A DNA stretch of 64,000 nt from Mytilus trossulus. Its lineage: Eukaryota. The first letter of the stretch is position 1; every line of letters starts with the position of its first letter. Both the position numbers and the translations under genes were made by a program. Where the stretch lies: NCBI RefSeq assembly GCF_036588685.1, contig NC_086382.1, positions 32,922,001 to 32,986,000 of the forward strand, given 5' to 3'. Under the pieces are notes generated by a model. That model did not search any database and was not told the origin of the DNA. It saw nothing but the letters and a program-made list of their open reading frames with translations. This document shows positions 1 to 11,188 of this stretch, in pieces.

Positions 1-60
1 AGTTGATTGTCATCCCCTCGTTTTAATTTGATTAATTCCTTTTCCGGCATTGTTGAAGAT

Positions 61-189
61 CAACTTCGGTACGCTAGCCAAGGATTACGACCCACTACCC
101 TCCTCTACACCTCTGAAGCCAATAGTAACGATCCAGGGGGAGAGGAAGGAAGGAAGTGGGTCGTAACTCTTGGCAAGCACAGATGGTTG
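61..189. mobile_element. Short palindromic MITE-like hairpin
   Basis: CCAAGGATTACGACCCACT (78-96) is an inverted match to AGTGGGTCGTAACTCTTGG (155-173). Pyrimidine-rich and purine-rich inner arms also pair. Confidence 0.55.
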
Positions 190-549
190 AAAATAAACGT
201 TTAACAATGGTCAATGTTTCAGTAAAGATATTAGAGAAGCTTTGATAAATTTGAAAAATGATATTCATAATCACTCTATTGTTGGTATTTTCCTGGTCTC
301 CCGGGTATTGTTTTTTTTATAAGGAACATGCATGAACATTTAATAAAAAGAATGAAAATTCAAAAGAACTATGACTTAATTTAATATTTAAAAAAAGGGG
401 GAGGGCAATCAAATCAAATTAATAAAATATTGATGAAGTAAAACCGGACAACTGACCCTTGAATTTAAGGGTCCTGGGTGATTTCCAGATCGATACTTGG
501 CGTCATCCGTTATTGGTATGTGATAGTTATTCATATGCATATGATTATC

Positions 550-558
550 TCACGTGAC
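550..558 (+). promoter_or_regulatory. CLEAR/E-box-like motif TCACGTGAC upstream of gene 1
   Basis: 9/10 match to GTCACGTGAC (MiT/TFE site), about 120 bp upstream of the ATG at 676. Confidence 0.35.
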
Positions 559-675
559 CTTGGTAAAACACTTAAATAACTACATATGTATATCTACCAT
601 GTCTTCACAAGCTTTTGTAGTTTTCAGAAAAATAGCAGTTTTAATATTTTCTTCCTGAAATATATACGATCAACA

Positions 676-751
676 ATGGACGTTACATATAGGAGCACCA
701 TATTTCTAGTGGTTGTCTGCTATGCAGCAGTAAACTCTAAACCTGGAATTG
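676..751 (+). CDS. Gene 1 exon 1: signal peptide of a CD164/porimin-like sialomucin; model join(676..751,2167..3674), 527 aa
   Basis: ACAATGG start, MDVTYRSTIFLVVVCYAAVNSKPGI hydrophobic leader, then G|GTAGGT phase-1 donor that is in frame with the acceptor at 2167. Confidence 0.8.
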
Positions 752-1730
752 GTAGGTCAGTTTTAAACATATTTAAATTTCAAGTTATTGCTCAACTCGC
801 TATTTTTATTACTTTTTTATTTAAAGGTTATTGTTGTAAATTTACAATATTAATTTTAAACTCTTTGTTTCTTTTATTGTGTATATTATTGATCTTGTTG
901 TTATTTTTTATTTTCATTTCGTTATGTTGTGTCACATACTATAAATATGTAGTTTTATGGCAATGAAATTGAATTGAATTGAATTGTTAAAATGAAATGC
1001 GGTTAAAACGTGTATTTCTAACACGAATACCATGGGCATGAAAATGCTCTTTTTTTTTTTAGACCCCAAACAAATTAATATCGTACCAATTCTCTAAAAA
1101 TGCAGTTGATCAATCGATTTTAAATTAAATTTATTCTGGGTTTTTCTTAAAAGATAATTGCATGTGATTTTCATCAGTAAAATTTAAAATCGCATAATAT
1201 TCAAAAACGAAGTTGCCACATCCGTGTTCATCCTCAACCTTTATATATGTTATGTATTATCATCAAAAACAACTTTCATTTCAATATTAATAATGAACAC
1301 AAATGCTTTCATTTAAGACGGAAACCGTCTAAGATTTAACTAAAATACTACAAAAGTGGAGATTTCAGTAATTTAGCATGACTTAATGATGCAAGTACCC
1401 GATATATGTGCATTGTATTGTCAAAAACAGCCAATATTATTTTATGTAGCAAAAGCATTCTACTTTCTAATAAATAACTAAAAGCTTACATTTTACCATT
1501 TTTTAAAAACTGCTATAATTTGGGGCCAAAAGGGGTTTTTACTGGACCTACTCCTTTCCGCAGTAAAAGGGAAGTCGTTGATTTATCATAATATATATAT
1601 AATAGACAAGCAAAAATAAGTGTGTATAGGTGAGAAAAATAACAAATATGTAGAAATACTAAGTGAAAGTGTTTTGATACTAGTTTAGATACAAATACAT
1701 AAAATCATTTTTTTTTTATATTATATAGAT

Positions 1731-2021
1731 ATAGGAAGATGTGGTGTGAGTGCAAATGAGACAACTCTCCATCACAATAACAATTTAAAAAAGTAAACCA
1801 TTATAGGTCAATGTACGGTCTTCAACACGGAGCCTTGGCTCACACCGAACAACAAGCTATAAAATAAAGGGCCCCAAAAATTACTAGTGTAAAACCATTC
1901 AAATGGGAAAACCAACGGTCTAATCTATATTAAAAAAAACGAGAAACGAGAAACAGGTATAAAATACATAAACAAACGACAACTACTGTACATCAGATTC
2001 CTGACTTAGGACAGGTGCATA
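1731..2021 (+). repeat. Abundant dispersed repeat (AGATGTGGTATGAGTGCCAATGAGACAAC family)
   Basis: The same sequence or fragments recur at ~4810-5070 (-), 9230 (-), 19030-19250 (-), 20433, 21600-21850 (-), 24070-24290 (-), 32063, 33265, 33883, 37245, 41010 (-) and 49520 (-). Confidence 0.8.
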
Positions 2022-2166
2022 GACTAGAAAAAATATAGTAATACACTACCTGGTCTAAAGAAGGGATAAAAGACACAGCGAATATGCTTAAGACTTAAAA
2101 AGATTTTCTGTTAATCAATCAGTTGAGATTTCAATTCTTTTAAGTTATTTTTTTTGTACCTTTCAG

Positions 2167-3674
2167 CAACGAAGCATGTCAATCGCATTGAAGCAGCAAC
2201 TGTCAGACAAACAGCAACCGACGAAAACACGTCAGCTAGTTCTGCAACGACTACAAGAAACTCAAACGTTACTGGTCAGACAACCGAACTCTCTAATGTT
2301 ACCATTCAAACAACGATAACTCCAAATATCACGACCACGAAAAATTCTAACATTACTGTAGAGCCAACAACTCAAAATGCAAATGTTACAATGGAACCTG
2401 TAACTAAGGCCTCAAACGTGACACTAGAACCAACAACGAAAAACCTAAAATGTACAGTAGAACCAACAACCACAAACCAAAATGTGACAGTAGAACCAAC
2501 AACTAATAACCCAAATGGTACAGTAGAACCAACAACGAAAAACCCGAACGTTACAGTAGAACCAACAACCACACACCCAAATGTTACAGTAGAACCAACA
2601 ACTAAAAACCCAAATGTAACAGTAGAACCAACAACCACAAACCCCAATGTTACAGTAGAACCAACAACAAGAAATTCAAATATTACAGTAGAACCAACAA
2701 CTACAAACCCAAATGTTACAGTTGTACCAACAACAAGAAATCCAAATATTACAGGAGAACCAACAACCACAAACCCAAATGTTACAATAGAACCAACAAC
2801 CACAAACCCAAATGTAACAGTAGAACCAACAACAAGAAATCTAAATATAACAGTAGAACCAACAACCACAAAACCAAATGTTACAGTAGAACCAACAACA
2901 AGAAATCCAAATATTACAGTAGAACCAACAACCACAAACCCAAATGTTACAGTACAACCAACAACCACACACCAAAATGTGACTGTAGAACCAACAACCA
3001 CACACCCAAATGTGACTGTAGAACCAACAACCACAACCCCAAATGTTACAGTACAACCAACAACCACACACCCCAATGTTACTGCAGAACCAACAACCAC
3101 AAAACAAAATATAACAGTAGAACCAACAACTAAAAACCCAAATGTTACAGAAGAACCAACAACTAAAAACCCAAATGTTACAGTAGAACCAACAACCACC
3201 AACCCAAATGTTACAGTAGAACCAACAACGAAAAACCCAAATGTAACCGTAGAACCAACAACCACACACCCAAATGTGACTGTAGAACCAACAACCACAC
3301 ACCCAAATGTGACTGTAGAACCAACAACCACAACCCCAAATGTGACTGTAGAACCAAAAACCACACACCCAAATGTTACTGTAGAACCAACAACGAAAAA
3401 CCCAAATGTTACAGTAGAACCAACAACGAAAAACCCAAATGTGACAGTAGAACCTTCAACTCGCCCAAGTAATATGTCTACACCAATGTCAACTCCAAAA
3501 ACGAATCCACATCCAACAACACATGCAATGCCGACCACTACAAAGAAGTATAAATTTAATAGTGTCAGTTTTGTAGAAGGAATAGTTTTAGGAGTCGGAG
3601 TATCAGTTGTTATACTAATTATTGTCTACGTTTTGAAATGCAGAAAACGTGATGCCGGTTACGAAAGACTGTGA
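2167..3674 (+). CDS. Gene 1 exon 2: mucin stalk with 11-aa repeats, TM helix and GYERL tail (CD164/endolyn/TMEM123-like type I membrane mucin)
   Basis: Polypyrimidine tract + CAG acceptor at 2166. Open frame to TGA at 3674. Ends KFNSVSFVEGIVLGVGVSVVILIIVYVLKCRKRDAGYERL, resembling the CD164 FDxxSFxGG-TM-YxxL end. Confidence 0.92.
2343..3464 (+). repeat. Coding 33-bp tandem repeat, 34 copies (consensus NPNVTVEPTTT)
   Basis: 34 x 33 bp = 1122 bp counted from the translation, with no indels. Confidence 0.95.
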
Positions 3675-4369
3675 ACCTAACAATTTATTAGAATAGTCCT
3701 TTTTGTAATCTCATTTGCTTAATACTGATTTTATATTTATATATAAGACCACTATATTTATTCATAATGTCATCGTCTTACTATGTGAATTCCAATGATC
3801 ATTACATATGTATGTAAAAGAAGGAGTTCATTACTAGTATACAAATCCTTTGAGCAGATTGACAAAACTCAAAAGCAAAGGAACAGTGCTTTTATTTTCG
3901 TGCTTTATGTTAAAAGTGAAAGTGAGATTTTCAGCACATGAACAGATACACATTAATACATTTCAGACGGATCATCAACGGGAACAGCAGTGAAATATTA
4001 TATTTTTCAATGATTCATTTTTATATGATTTACAATTTGTTTTTGTTATATAAAATATTTCATAAACAGAGTTTTGTTAGCTTTTTATCAATTAATAGTT
4101 GAATGATGATTTTGTGTGACTTTACTTGTCTTCCATTGGTAAATATTTCATTCATGTTCAGACGAGAGCACTTTAACAAAAATGCAATAGGGTTGTCCTT
4201 CTATAGAGGGTCATCCGACATTATGAGATGTAAATAGTAAATAAATGCCGCTGGAAAATCAGGGTATTTTACATAAGAACAGAAACCCAGTCTTACAACA
4301 TTTATGGACCGCTCAAAGAGTCGCAAGTGTTTTTGACATGCAGAGAGCGAAGCACGAATTCACAACTAA

Positions 4370-4571
4370 CAGTCCAACATGTCACCTTATCTGACACATT
4401 AATTGGACTCAGAGCCGACCAGTCTTTGCCCTAACTCCTTAATTAATGCTGCGCGCTGAGCAGATAAGCAGCAAATATCAATTTCAAAGTTTTAGCTGAC
4501 TCGGTCGTGTTGAAACCCAACAACTTCCGCACTCGAGACAAGCACGCTACCAAAAACACTGCTGAGGCGGT
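4370..4571 (-). mobile_element. Degenerate tRNA-derived SINE (mollusc Meta-type central domain)
   Basis: The minus strand reads ACCGCCTC..GGTAGCGTGCTTGTCTCGAGTGCGG..GGGTTTCAAC (A/B-box-like head), then AATTGATATTTGCTGCTTATCTGCTCAGCGCGCAGCATTAA..GGAGTTAGGGCAAAGACTGG. Family assignment is from recall. Confidence 0.65.
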
Positions 4572-5387
4572 TACATAGTTTTCCTTCACAATGTTATCAA
4601 CATTTGATCATAATTTGCTATGTTTTTTCGCTATAATTTGTTTCCCTTGATTTATTATACAATTCTGTACAGATTCTAGAATTGAAGATTAGATATCAAT
4701 CAAATATGCAATATAATGTAATGGTTTTATTTTGGTTTAAAATGCAAGTGGCTTCATTCATGTTTATTCTCGAATCATATTTTCTATGTATAATTATTAT
4801 CAATTGAAATCCCGCTAACATGTTTAACCCCGCCACATTATGTATGCATGTGCCTGTCCCAAGTCAGGAGCCTGTAATTCAGTGGTTGTCATTTGTTTAT
4901 GTGTTGCATATTTTTTTTATGTTCATTTTTTGTACATAAATAAGGCCGTTAGTTTTCTCGTTTAAATTGTTTTACAAGGTCATTTCGTGGCCTTTTATAG
5001 CTGAATATGCGGTATGGACTTTGCTCATTGTTGAAGACTGTACGGTGACCTACACTAATTGTTAATTTCTTTGTCCTTTATAAGTATTTAAATCTTAGTA
5101 AGATTTAACACAAGTGCGGCCACTTCAAATTTAGACCAAAACTGTCTAATAATTAGCACAAATGCTAGAATTGTTGAGATTTCAGTAATTTTTCATGAGT
5201 AAATTATGCTAATACTATATACATGTCCATTGATTTGTCCAAAAACAGCACATATCCATGTAACAAAAGTATGCTACTTCAAACTTATAAGCTAAAAGTT
5301 TTATAAATTTCCTGTTTACAAAACTTTATTTTTTTTGGAAAACCTAGGATTTTCTTATCCAAGGCAAAGATTACCGTAGTCGTATTT

Positions 5388-5582
5388 GAGAGGGAGAGGG
5401 GGTCCTGATCCCAGTATCCCGGGCTAAAAAACACCTGATCCCGAAATCCCGGGCTCAAAAACACGAAATCCTGAGGTCTCGAAATTCGAAAAACAGAATT
5501 CCCGGACCCAAAACGGTCAATCCCGAAATCCCGAGCTTAAAAACACCCGATCCCGGAGTCCCAATATAGGTCCTTCCCCTTT
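5388..5582. mobile_element. Small GC-rich insertion (ATCCCG repeats) inside the retrozyme unit
   Basis: Flanked by direct GTATTT repeats (5382-5387 and 5583-5588). Absent from the other retrozyme copies. Confidence 0.6.
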
Positions 5583-5667
5583 GTATTTGGCACATTTTTT
5601 CGAAATTTTGGGTCCTCAGTGTTTTTTAACTTTGAACTTGTTTGGCTTTATGAATATTTTGATATGA

Positions 5668-5711
5668 GCGTCACTGATGAGTCTCATGTGGATGAAACGC
5701 GCGTCTGGCGT
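5668..5711 (+). ncRNA. Type I hammerhead ribozyme (best-preserved copy; predicted cleavage after C5705)
   Basis: Stem I GCGTCA/TGGCGT, core CTGATGA, stem II GTCT-catgt-GGAT, GAA, palindromic stem III ACGCGCGT, GTC triplet. Confidence 0.85.
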
Positions 5712-6030
5712 ACTAGATTATAATTCTTGTATCTTTGATAACTATTTACACCACTGGGTCGATGCCACTGCTGGTGGATGTTTCGTCCCTGAGGGTATCA
5801 CCAGCCCAGTTGTCAATACTTCGTTGTTGACATAAATATCAATAATGTGGTCATTATTATAAATTTCCTTTACAAAACTTTGATTTTTCGAAAAACTAAG
5901 GATTATCTTATCCCAGGCATAAATAAATTTAAATTACCTTAGGCGTATTTGGCACAACTTTTTGGGAATTTTGGATACTCAATGCTCTTCAACTTTGTAC
6001 TTGTTTGGCTTTATAAATATTTTGATATGA

Positions 6031-6074
6031 GCGTCACTGATGAGTCTTATGTAGACGAAAAGCTCGTCTGGCAT
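6031..6074 (+). ncRNA. Type I hammerhead ribozyme, stem III degenerate
   Basis: GCGTCA CTGATGA GTCT-tatgt-AGAC GAAA AGCTCGTC TGGCAT. Confidence 0.7.
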
Positions 6075-6641
6075 ACTAAATTATAATCCTGGTACCTTTT
6101 ATAACTATTAACAACTTTATATAAATACCATATCTGTTGGGGCCAAAAAAGGCTAAACATAAATAGTAGTGGTAAAATTCAAGTGTGGTCTTGTATCTTG
6201 CAAATCTTGAGATAATCTGACAGGTGCCTACAATTTAAGAAAATCAGGTTCTGAAGACTTTTGTCTGACACCCCGAGAGACACTTTATATTTTGATGAAA
6301 AATTAGTTTTAAAAACACTAAATTTTAACTAAAAAGCAATATTTGATAAAATTCCTTGACAGAAATTCAATTTTATATAAATCATACTAGGGAATGTCGT
6401 CAAAGTAGGGTTTTTATCCAGAAATTTGCATATGAAGCCTCAAAATCTGCAACACGAAAAACTAAGGAGAGGTGTTCGAGAAAACAGATCACTGAAAACG
6501 TCTACTTCTGCTTGCAGGAAATAGATCATGTTTCGGTTTCTTCCGTGAAATACATTATATGGTACTAACAATTCTCAAAAAAGAAATTTTGATACTTGAA
6601 CTGATCTTGATCGTTTTTCTTCGCTTCAAAACCGCCACTCC

Positions 6642-6998
6642 CAAAGCCTAACAAGTACAAAGTTGGAGAGTATTGAGGACCAAAAATTCCATAAAGTTGT
6701 GCCATATACGGGTAAGGTAATCTATTCCTGGGATAAGTAAATTCTTAGTTTTTAGAAAAGTTCAATGTTTTGTATAAACAGGAAATTCTTATAAAATTGA
6801 CCATATAATTGATATTCAGGTCAACACCGAAGTGCTGACTGCTGGGCTAATGACACCCCCGTGGACGAAGCGTCCACCAGCAGTGGCATCGACCCAGTGA
6901 TGTAAATAGTTATCAAAGGTACCAGGACATAACTTAATACGCCATACGCGCGTTTCGTCACCATAAGAATCATCAGTGACGCTCAGATCAAAAAAAAA
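6642..6998 (-). mobile_element. Retrozyme-like monomer (~355 bp), inverted relative to 5300-6107
   Basis: The reverse complement matches the 363-bp unit, e.g. CACTGGGTCGATGCCACTGCTGGTGGA. Confidence 0.8.
6939..6982 (-). ncRNA. Type I hammerhead ribozyme, stem II degenerate, GTA triplet
   Basis: Minus strand: GCGTCA CTGATGA TTCTTATGGTGAC GAAA CGCGCGTA TGGCGT. Confidence 0.7.
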
Positions 6999-7660
6999 AT
7001 ATGCTACTGAATTAAACTGACATGCTTTATGGAGTAAATCATTTCGCTCTAAATGGAACGAATCAAGCAACAGCAAAAACACGAACAGATCATTCATAAA
7101 AATAAAGATATATTTGGAGACAAATATCCACCAAATTCCAAAGGAAGTGGATGTAAGCAATTATAGGCAACCGTACGGCCTTCGATAATGAAAAATACAT
7201 ACCATAGCGTCGGCTATAATAAGCCCCGACAGGAAAAATGAGTATCAACTGAAAAAAGTAATGGCCTCATTTCTTACAATACAATTTACGAAAAAAGCAA
7301 ATGAGAGACATGCACCAACAATACTAACTGAACTACAAGCTACTGACTTGGAAGTGGCACATACATAATGTTGTTTTTCTATTTGTCTACTGTGATTTAT
7401 AAAAAAGAATGTATGTTCAATGAAATAAAACAATACTAGTAATGATGTAAGAATACTTTTAGCACAAAGAACTCGTTTTTTACATTCTACAAATCATATA
7501 CGCATACGTAGCAGGATAAATCGACACCATGTTGACTTTAATAGGACATTAATTTTTTCCTAATATCCAGTGTCAAATCCATCTGCCGGTATGATAAAAA
7601 AAAAAGAAGGAACGATAATATATACGGAAACGAACAACATGACAACAGAAGTATCACCAG

Positions 7661-7854
7661 AACTACAACAATCCCACAACAGACAACAGGGTCCAGTCAT
7701 GATTTGTTGATGCCCTATAATCAACCAAATGTTTCCAACAAAATGGGGAACCGCACAAGAGACTACAACAATCCGACAACAGACAACAGGGTCCAGTCAT
7801 GATTTTGTGATGCCATATAATCAACCAAATGTTTCCAACAAAATGGGGAACCGC
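7661..7854. repeat. Direct tandem duplication, 2 x ~100 bp
   Basis: ACTACAACAATCC..AGACAACAGGGTCCAGTCATG..AAATGGGGAACCGC occurs twice. Confidence 0.85.
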
Positions 7855-8007
7855 CCCCCCTGGATCTTCCTATAGCAGTATATGTATCTATTCCTGCAAT
7901 TACACCATCCTTTCAAAAATCTTGGATCCGTCACTGATACTGAATAGAACATGTAAGTCATTCGGACTCTATTCATGACAGAACTTTACTAGTGTAACAT
8001 GTAGAAC

Positions 8008-8151
8008 ATTAACCGTCGGGTGCAGTCTCCATTAGGTTAATACTACAGAAGCTCTTCAAGGCCATGTACTATACTATTATAACATGAAGATTATTAACCG
8101 TCGGGTGCAGTCTCCATTAGGTTAATACTACAGATGCTCTTCAGGGTCATG
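8008..8151. repeat. Direct duplication of a ~57-bp unit upstream of gene 2
   Basis: ATTAACCGTCGGGTGCAGTCTCCATTAGGTTAATACTACAGA at 8008 and 8093. Confidence 0.85.
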
Positions 8152-8483
8152 AATATATTTTGTTATCATTATATAGATTAGACTAAAACTGTCTGTCGCA
8201 ACATTTATCACATAATAAATTAGTCACTTGCTCGAATTTAGGTATATAGATATATTTAGTTCTTACGTACATTAACTCGCTGATAGGACATTTTTCCCCA
8301 TATCTAAATGCGTCTGATGAATTACACACACAATAGATGTGTAAATACGATTTTATCTTCATTATCTATTAAAATCACGAGATACTCTCTTCAAACTTTA
8401 ACCTTACTAGTTACTGCAGGTGGATATAAGTCGGGGTATTTTACACACAAGTAGAAGAATTTTGAGTTGTAAAAATTAACATC

Positions 8484-8550
8484 ATGATGAAAGTGTGTGT
8501 TGTATTAGCCTTTTTTATTGTGTCTGGTTGTGTGGCACCTCCAACAATTG
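8484..8550 (+). CDS. Gene 2 exon 1: signal peptide; model join(8484..8550,9730..10262), 199 aa
   Basis: MMKVCVVLAFFIVSGCVAPPTI then G|GTAAGA phase-1 donor, in frame with exon 2. Confidence 0.88.
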
Positions 8551-9729
8551 GTAAGATTAAGGACTAACCATTATTTCTTATGAATTATCAAACCCCCTTT
8601 TCCCTTCTCCTTCCTTTCTCCTTCAATTTTTAAACGCTCTACCCTTAATGTATTCCTGTGTCATTGAGACATCATTCATCTTAACTTTATAGATTATTTT
8701 TCTACTAATTGACGTTTGAACAGCAAGCTGACTCTATTTCTATTGAAATATGGCACTATGTATAACGAATTGTTTCTTTTTATTAGTTCGGGACCTTTTA
8801 TAGCCGACCGTATACTTAAAACTTTTAATTTTCGTTCGTTGGCGCAACATCAAATGAAATATCTTACGGTATGAAGGAGAAAATACAATATCTTATTCCA
8901 GCAAGGGCGTTTTTGGAATGTACTCCCCTTTTTCTAAATGTTTTGTTAATTTTTCAAATTAATAGTTCTTAATATTTATTAACTCTTCAAAATATTCCTA
9001 TAGTTATTCATAATATTTTACAATAACATGGTATTTATGATGACTCCAATCTCTGTACCCATTTTTACGGTCAGTCTTATTTTCCACGTCGAAAATCAGC
9101 CGTTAATAGGAGGAGCATTACAAACCCTACTTTTATTGCAAATACGTATGGATAACATGCAGCAAGAACATATCAAATATGTAAAACTAAGCTTAAAAAT
9201 GTAAAATACATGTTTATGTCATTTTGGTCTATTGGTGATGGTTGTCTCATTGGCAATCATACCATATCTTCTTTTTTATATTACTTGTTATTTGCATATT
9301 ACAAATCTTATATCCATATATTGAGGAGCAAATCAACACAAGGTTGCCTTTGTTGACTGCTGCACACATTTTTTAAATTTTATTTTACCTATTGTAAAAT
9401 TGAAAATGGAAATGGGGAATGTGTCAAAGCGACAACAACCCAACCATAGAGCAGACAATTGTGTATGTTTGTTTTGTTCACGCAACGTTGTCAATATAAT
9501 GAAATTTGATGCGACTGTCATACAAGTGAGAGGTTTAGCTAGCTATAAAACCAGGTTCAGAAAAAATGTCTATACGAAGTCAAGAATGTGACAGTTGTAA
9601 TCCATTCGTTTGAAGTGTTTGAGCTTTTGCTTATAGGGACTTTCATTTTTGAATTTTCCTCGGAGTTCAGTATTTTTGTGATTTTACTTTTTTTTTACAT
9701 TTTCTTATACATTTAATCTTCTCTTTTAG

Positions 9730-10262
9730 GAGTAATCACTGCCGATATGAAAACAGAAGCAACGGTAGTATCGTCCCAAACTAACGATATGACAACAGTA
9801 GTAACAACAGAACAACAGATGACAACAAAACCACAACAAATGACAACACACAGTCAAACAACAGTCAATCCCGTTACTTCAATGTCAATGACAACAGAGT
9901 CAATGATGACAAATAATACTTTGCCACCTTCGTCAGAAACCACAGCCAATCAAATGTCGACACAATCCTCAAACATGTCTACTGTCACAATGATGACAGA
10001 AGTACCATCAAACATGTCGTCTGCGGGACAAATGACAACGATGCCGGCTACTATGACAACAGCAGGAAAGGTGACGGCGCACCACCCAACAACCCCATCA
10101 CCGAAACCAACCACACAAAAACCAGAAACAACCAAAAAATCTAAATTTCAAGGAGGAACATTCGTCGGAGGAATGTTTTTAGGAATAGCACTTGCGTGTA
10201 TCGTTTCAGCAATAGTATACTTTCTTAAATGTAGAAATCAAAGCTATGGGAAAGTCAATTAA
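9730..10262 (+). CDS. Gene 2 exon 2: Met/Thr-rich mucin stalk, TM helix and YGKVN tail (CD164/porimin-like)
   Basis: TCTTCTCTTTTAG acceptor. Ends KFQGGTFVGGMFLGIALACIVSAIVYFLKCRNQSYGKVN*. Confidence 0.92.
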
Positions 10263-11026
10263 AATCAGACAAGAATATACATCTTGTAAGATGTTATATC
10301 GAATTTCTATACATTAGAATAGGAAACAAGAACAATTTTAAAAACATTTTGAAATACGAATATTTGTTTTAGATGGCACAGTAGATCTGTAATGTTTTGA
10401 AACATAATGAACATATCTTTTGACTTTGTCGTTGATCGACGTTTTTGTAAAAAAATATTTAAAAAGTGTATTTGTTGGTTTATATGTTGTTTATGTTGTT
10501 ACGTGCATAAAATTAAAATGGTTTCAAAATAATTTCCCGCCTATATATTATATGTTTGTTTCGTTTCAGTTATTTTTCAGAGGATTATTAATACCCTTAT
10601 ATTGCAAAGAGTCACCAAAGGTATCATAGAGACTATTTATTATGTAGAACGTCAGACATAAAATTAAGAATGCAAACGGGGAATGTGTCAAAAAGACAAC
10701 AACACGACCAAAGTGCATAAAACAGCATATAACACTAACTGGTCTTCAACACAGTGTGAAAATCCCACACCCGGAGATGGGCTTCAGCTAGCCCCTCAAC
10801 AAAAATGTATGATTGTTTAGTAAAAATGGACGTCATAATAAACTTCAAAACTCACCTATGAAAAAACCCAAAATCAAACAAATAAGAATAACGAAGACTA
10901 AAGCTTATTGGAGTAGACGCAGAAATGCGGAGGAGTACACACTTGCATAAATTTCTAGCCAATACAGATCAAACAAACACAGTGCAATACGCACAATAAA
11001 ACTCAGTTCAAAAGACGTCCGAGTTC

Positions 11027-11188
11027 CAAGGGCGGATCCAGCAATTTTAAAAAGGGGAGGTTCCTAACCCAGGAGAAAAGGGGGGGGGGGGGGTTCCAAC
11101 TACATGTCCCCATTCAAATGCATTGATCGTCCAAAAAAGGGGGTTCCAACCCCCGGACCCCCCCCCCCCCCTTCTGGATCCGCGCCTG
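11027..11188. mobile_element. Short MITE with GCGGATCCAG/CTGGATCCGC termini
   Basis: Imperfect TIRs CAAGGGCGGATCCAG and CTGGATCCGCGCCTG. Flanks GAGTTC and GAGTAC resemble a TSD. Related fragments at ~7860, 15945, 22720, 28240 and 32985-33129. Confidence 0.65.

Larger units (their letters stand above)
5300..6107 (+). mobile_element. Retrozyme-like tandem repeat (363-bp unit, ~1.7 copies) carrying two hammerhead motifs
   Basis: CTGATGA cores at 5674 and 6037 are 363 bp apart and their flanks are duplicated. The array interrupts an older repeat (5125-5300 resumes at ~6108, homologous to 1310-1540). Confidence 0.8.

Noticed and set aside
756-761. Alternative donor AG|GTCAGT for gene 1 exon 1
   Set aside because: It gives phase 2, which is out of frame with the acceptor at 2167 and unlike the phase-1 introns of the paralogues.
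586-966. 126-aa hydrophobic ORF
   Set aside because: Only 676-751 is exonic. The rest is read-through into a T-rich intron.
2372-3538. 388-aa and 175-aa minus-strand ORFs (VVGSTVTFG and CGCWFY repeats)
   Set aside because: Antisense shadows of the 33-bp coding repeat of gene 1. A stop-free repeat unit gives long ORFs automatically.
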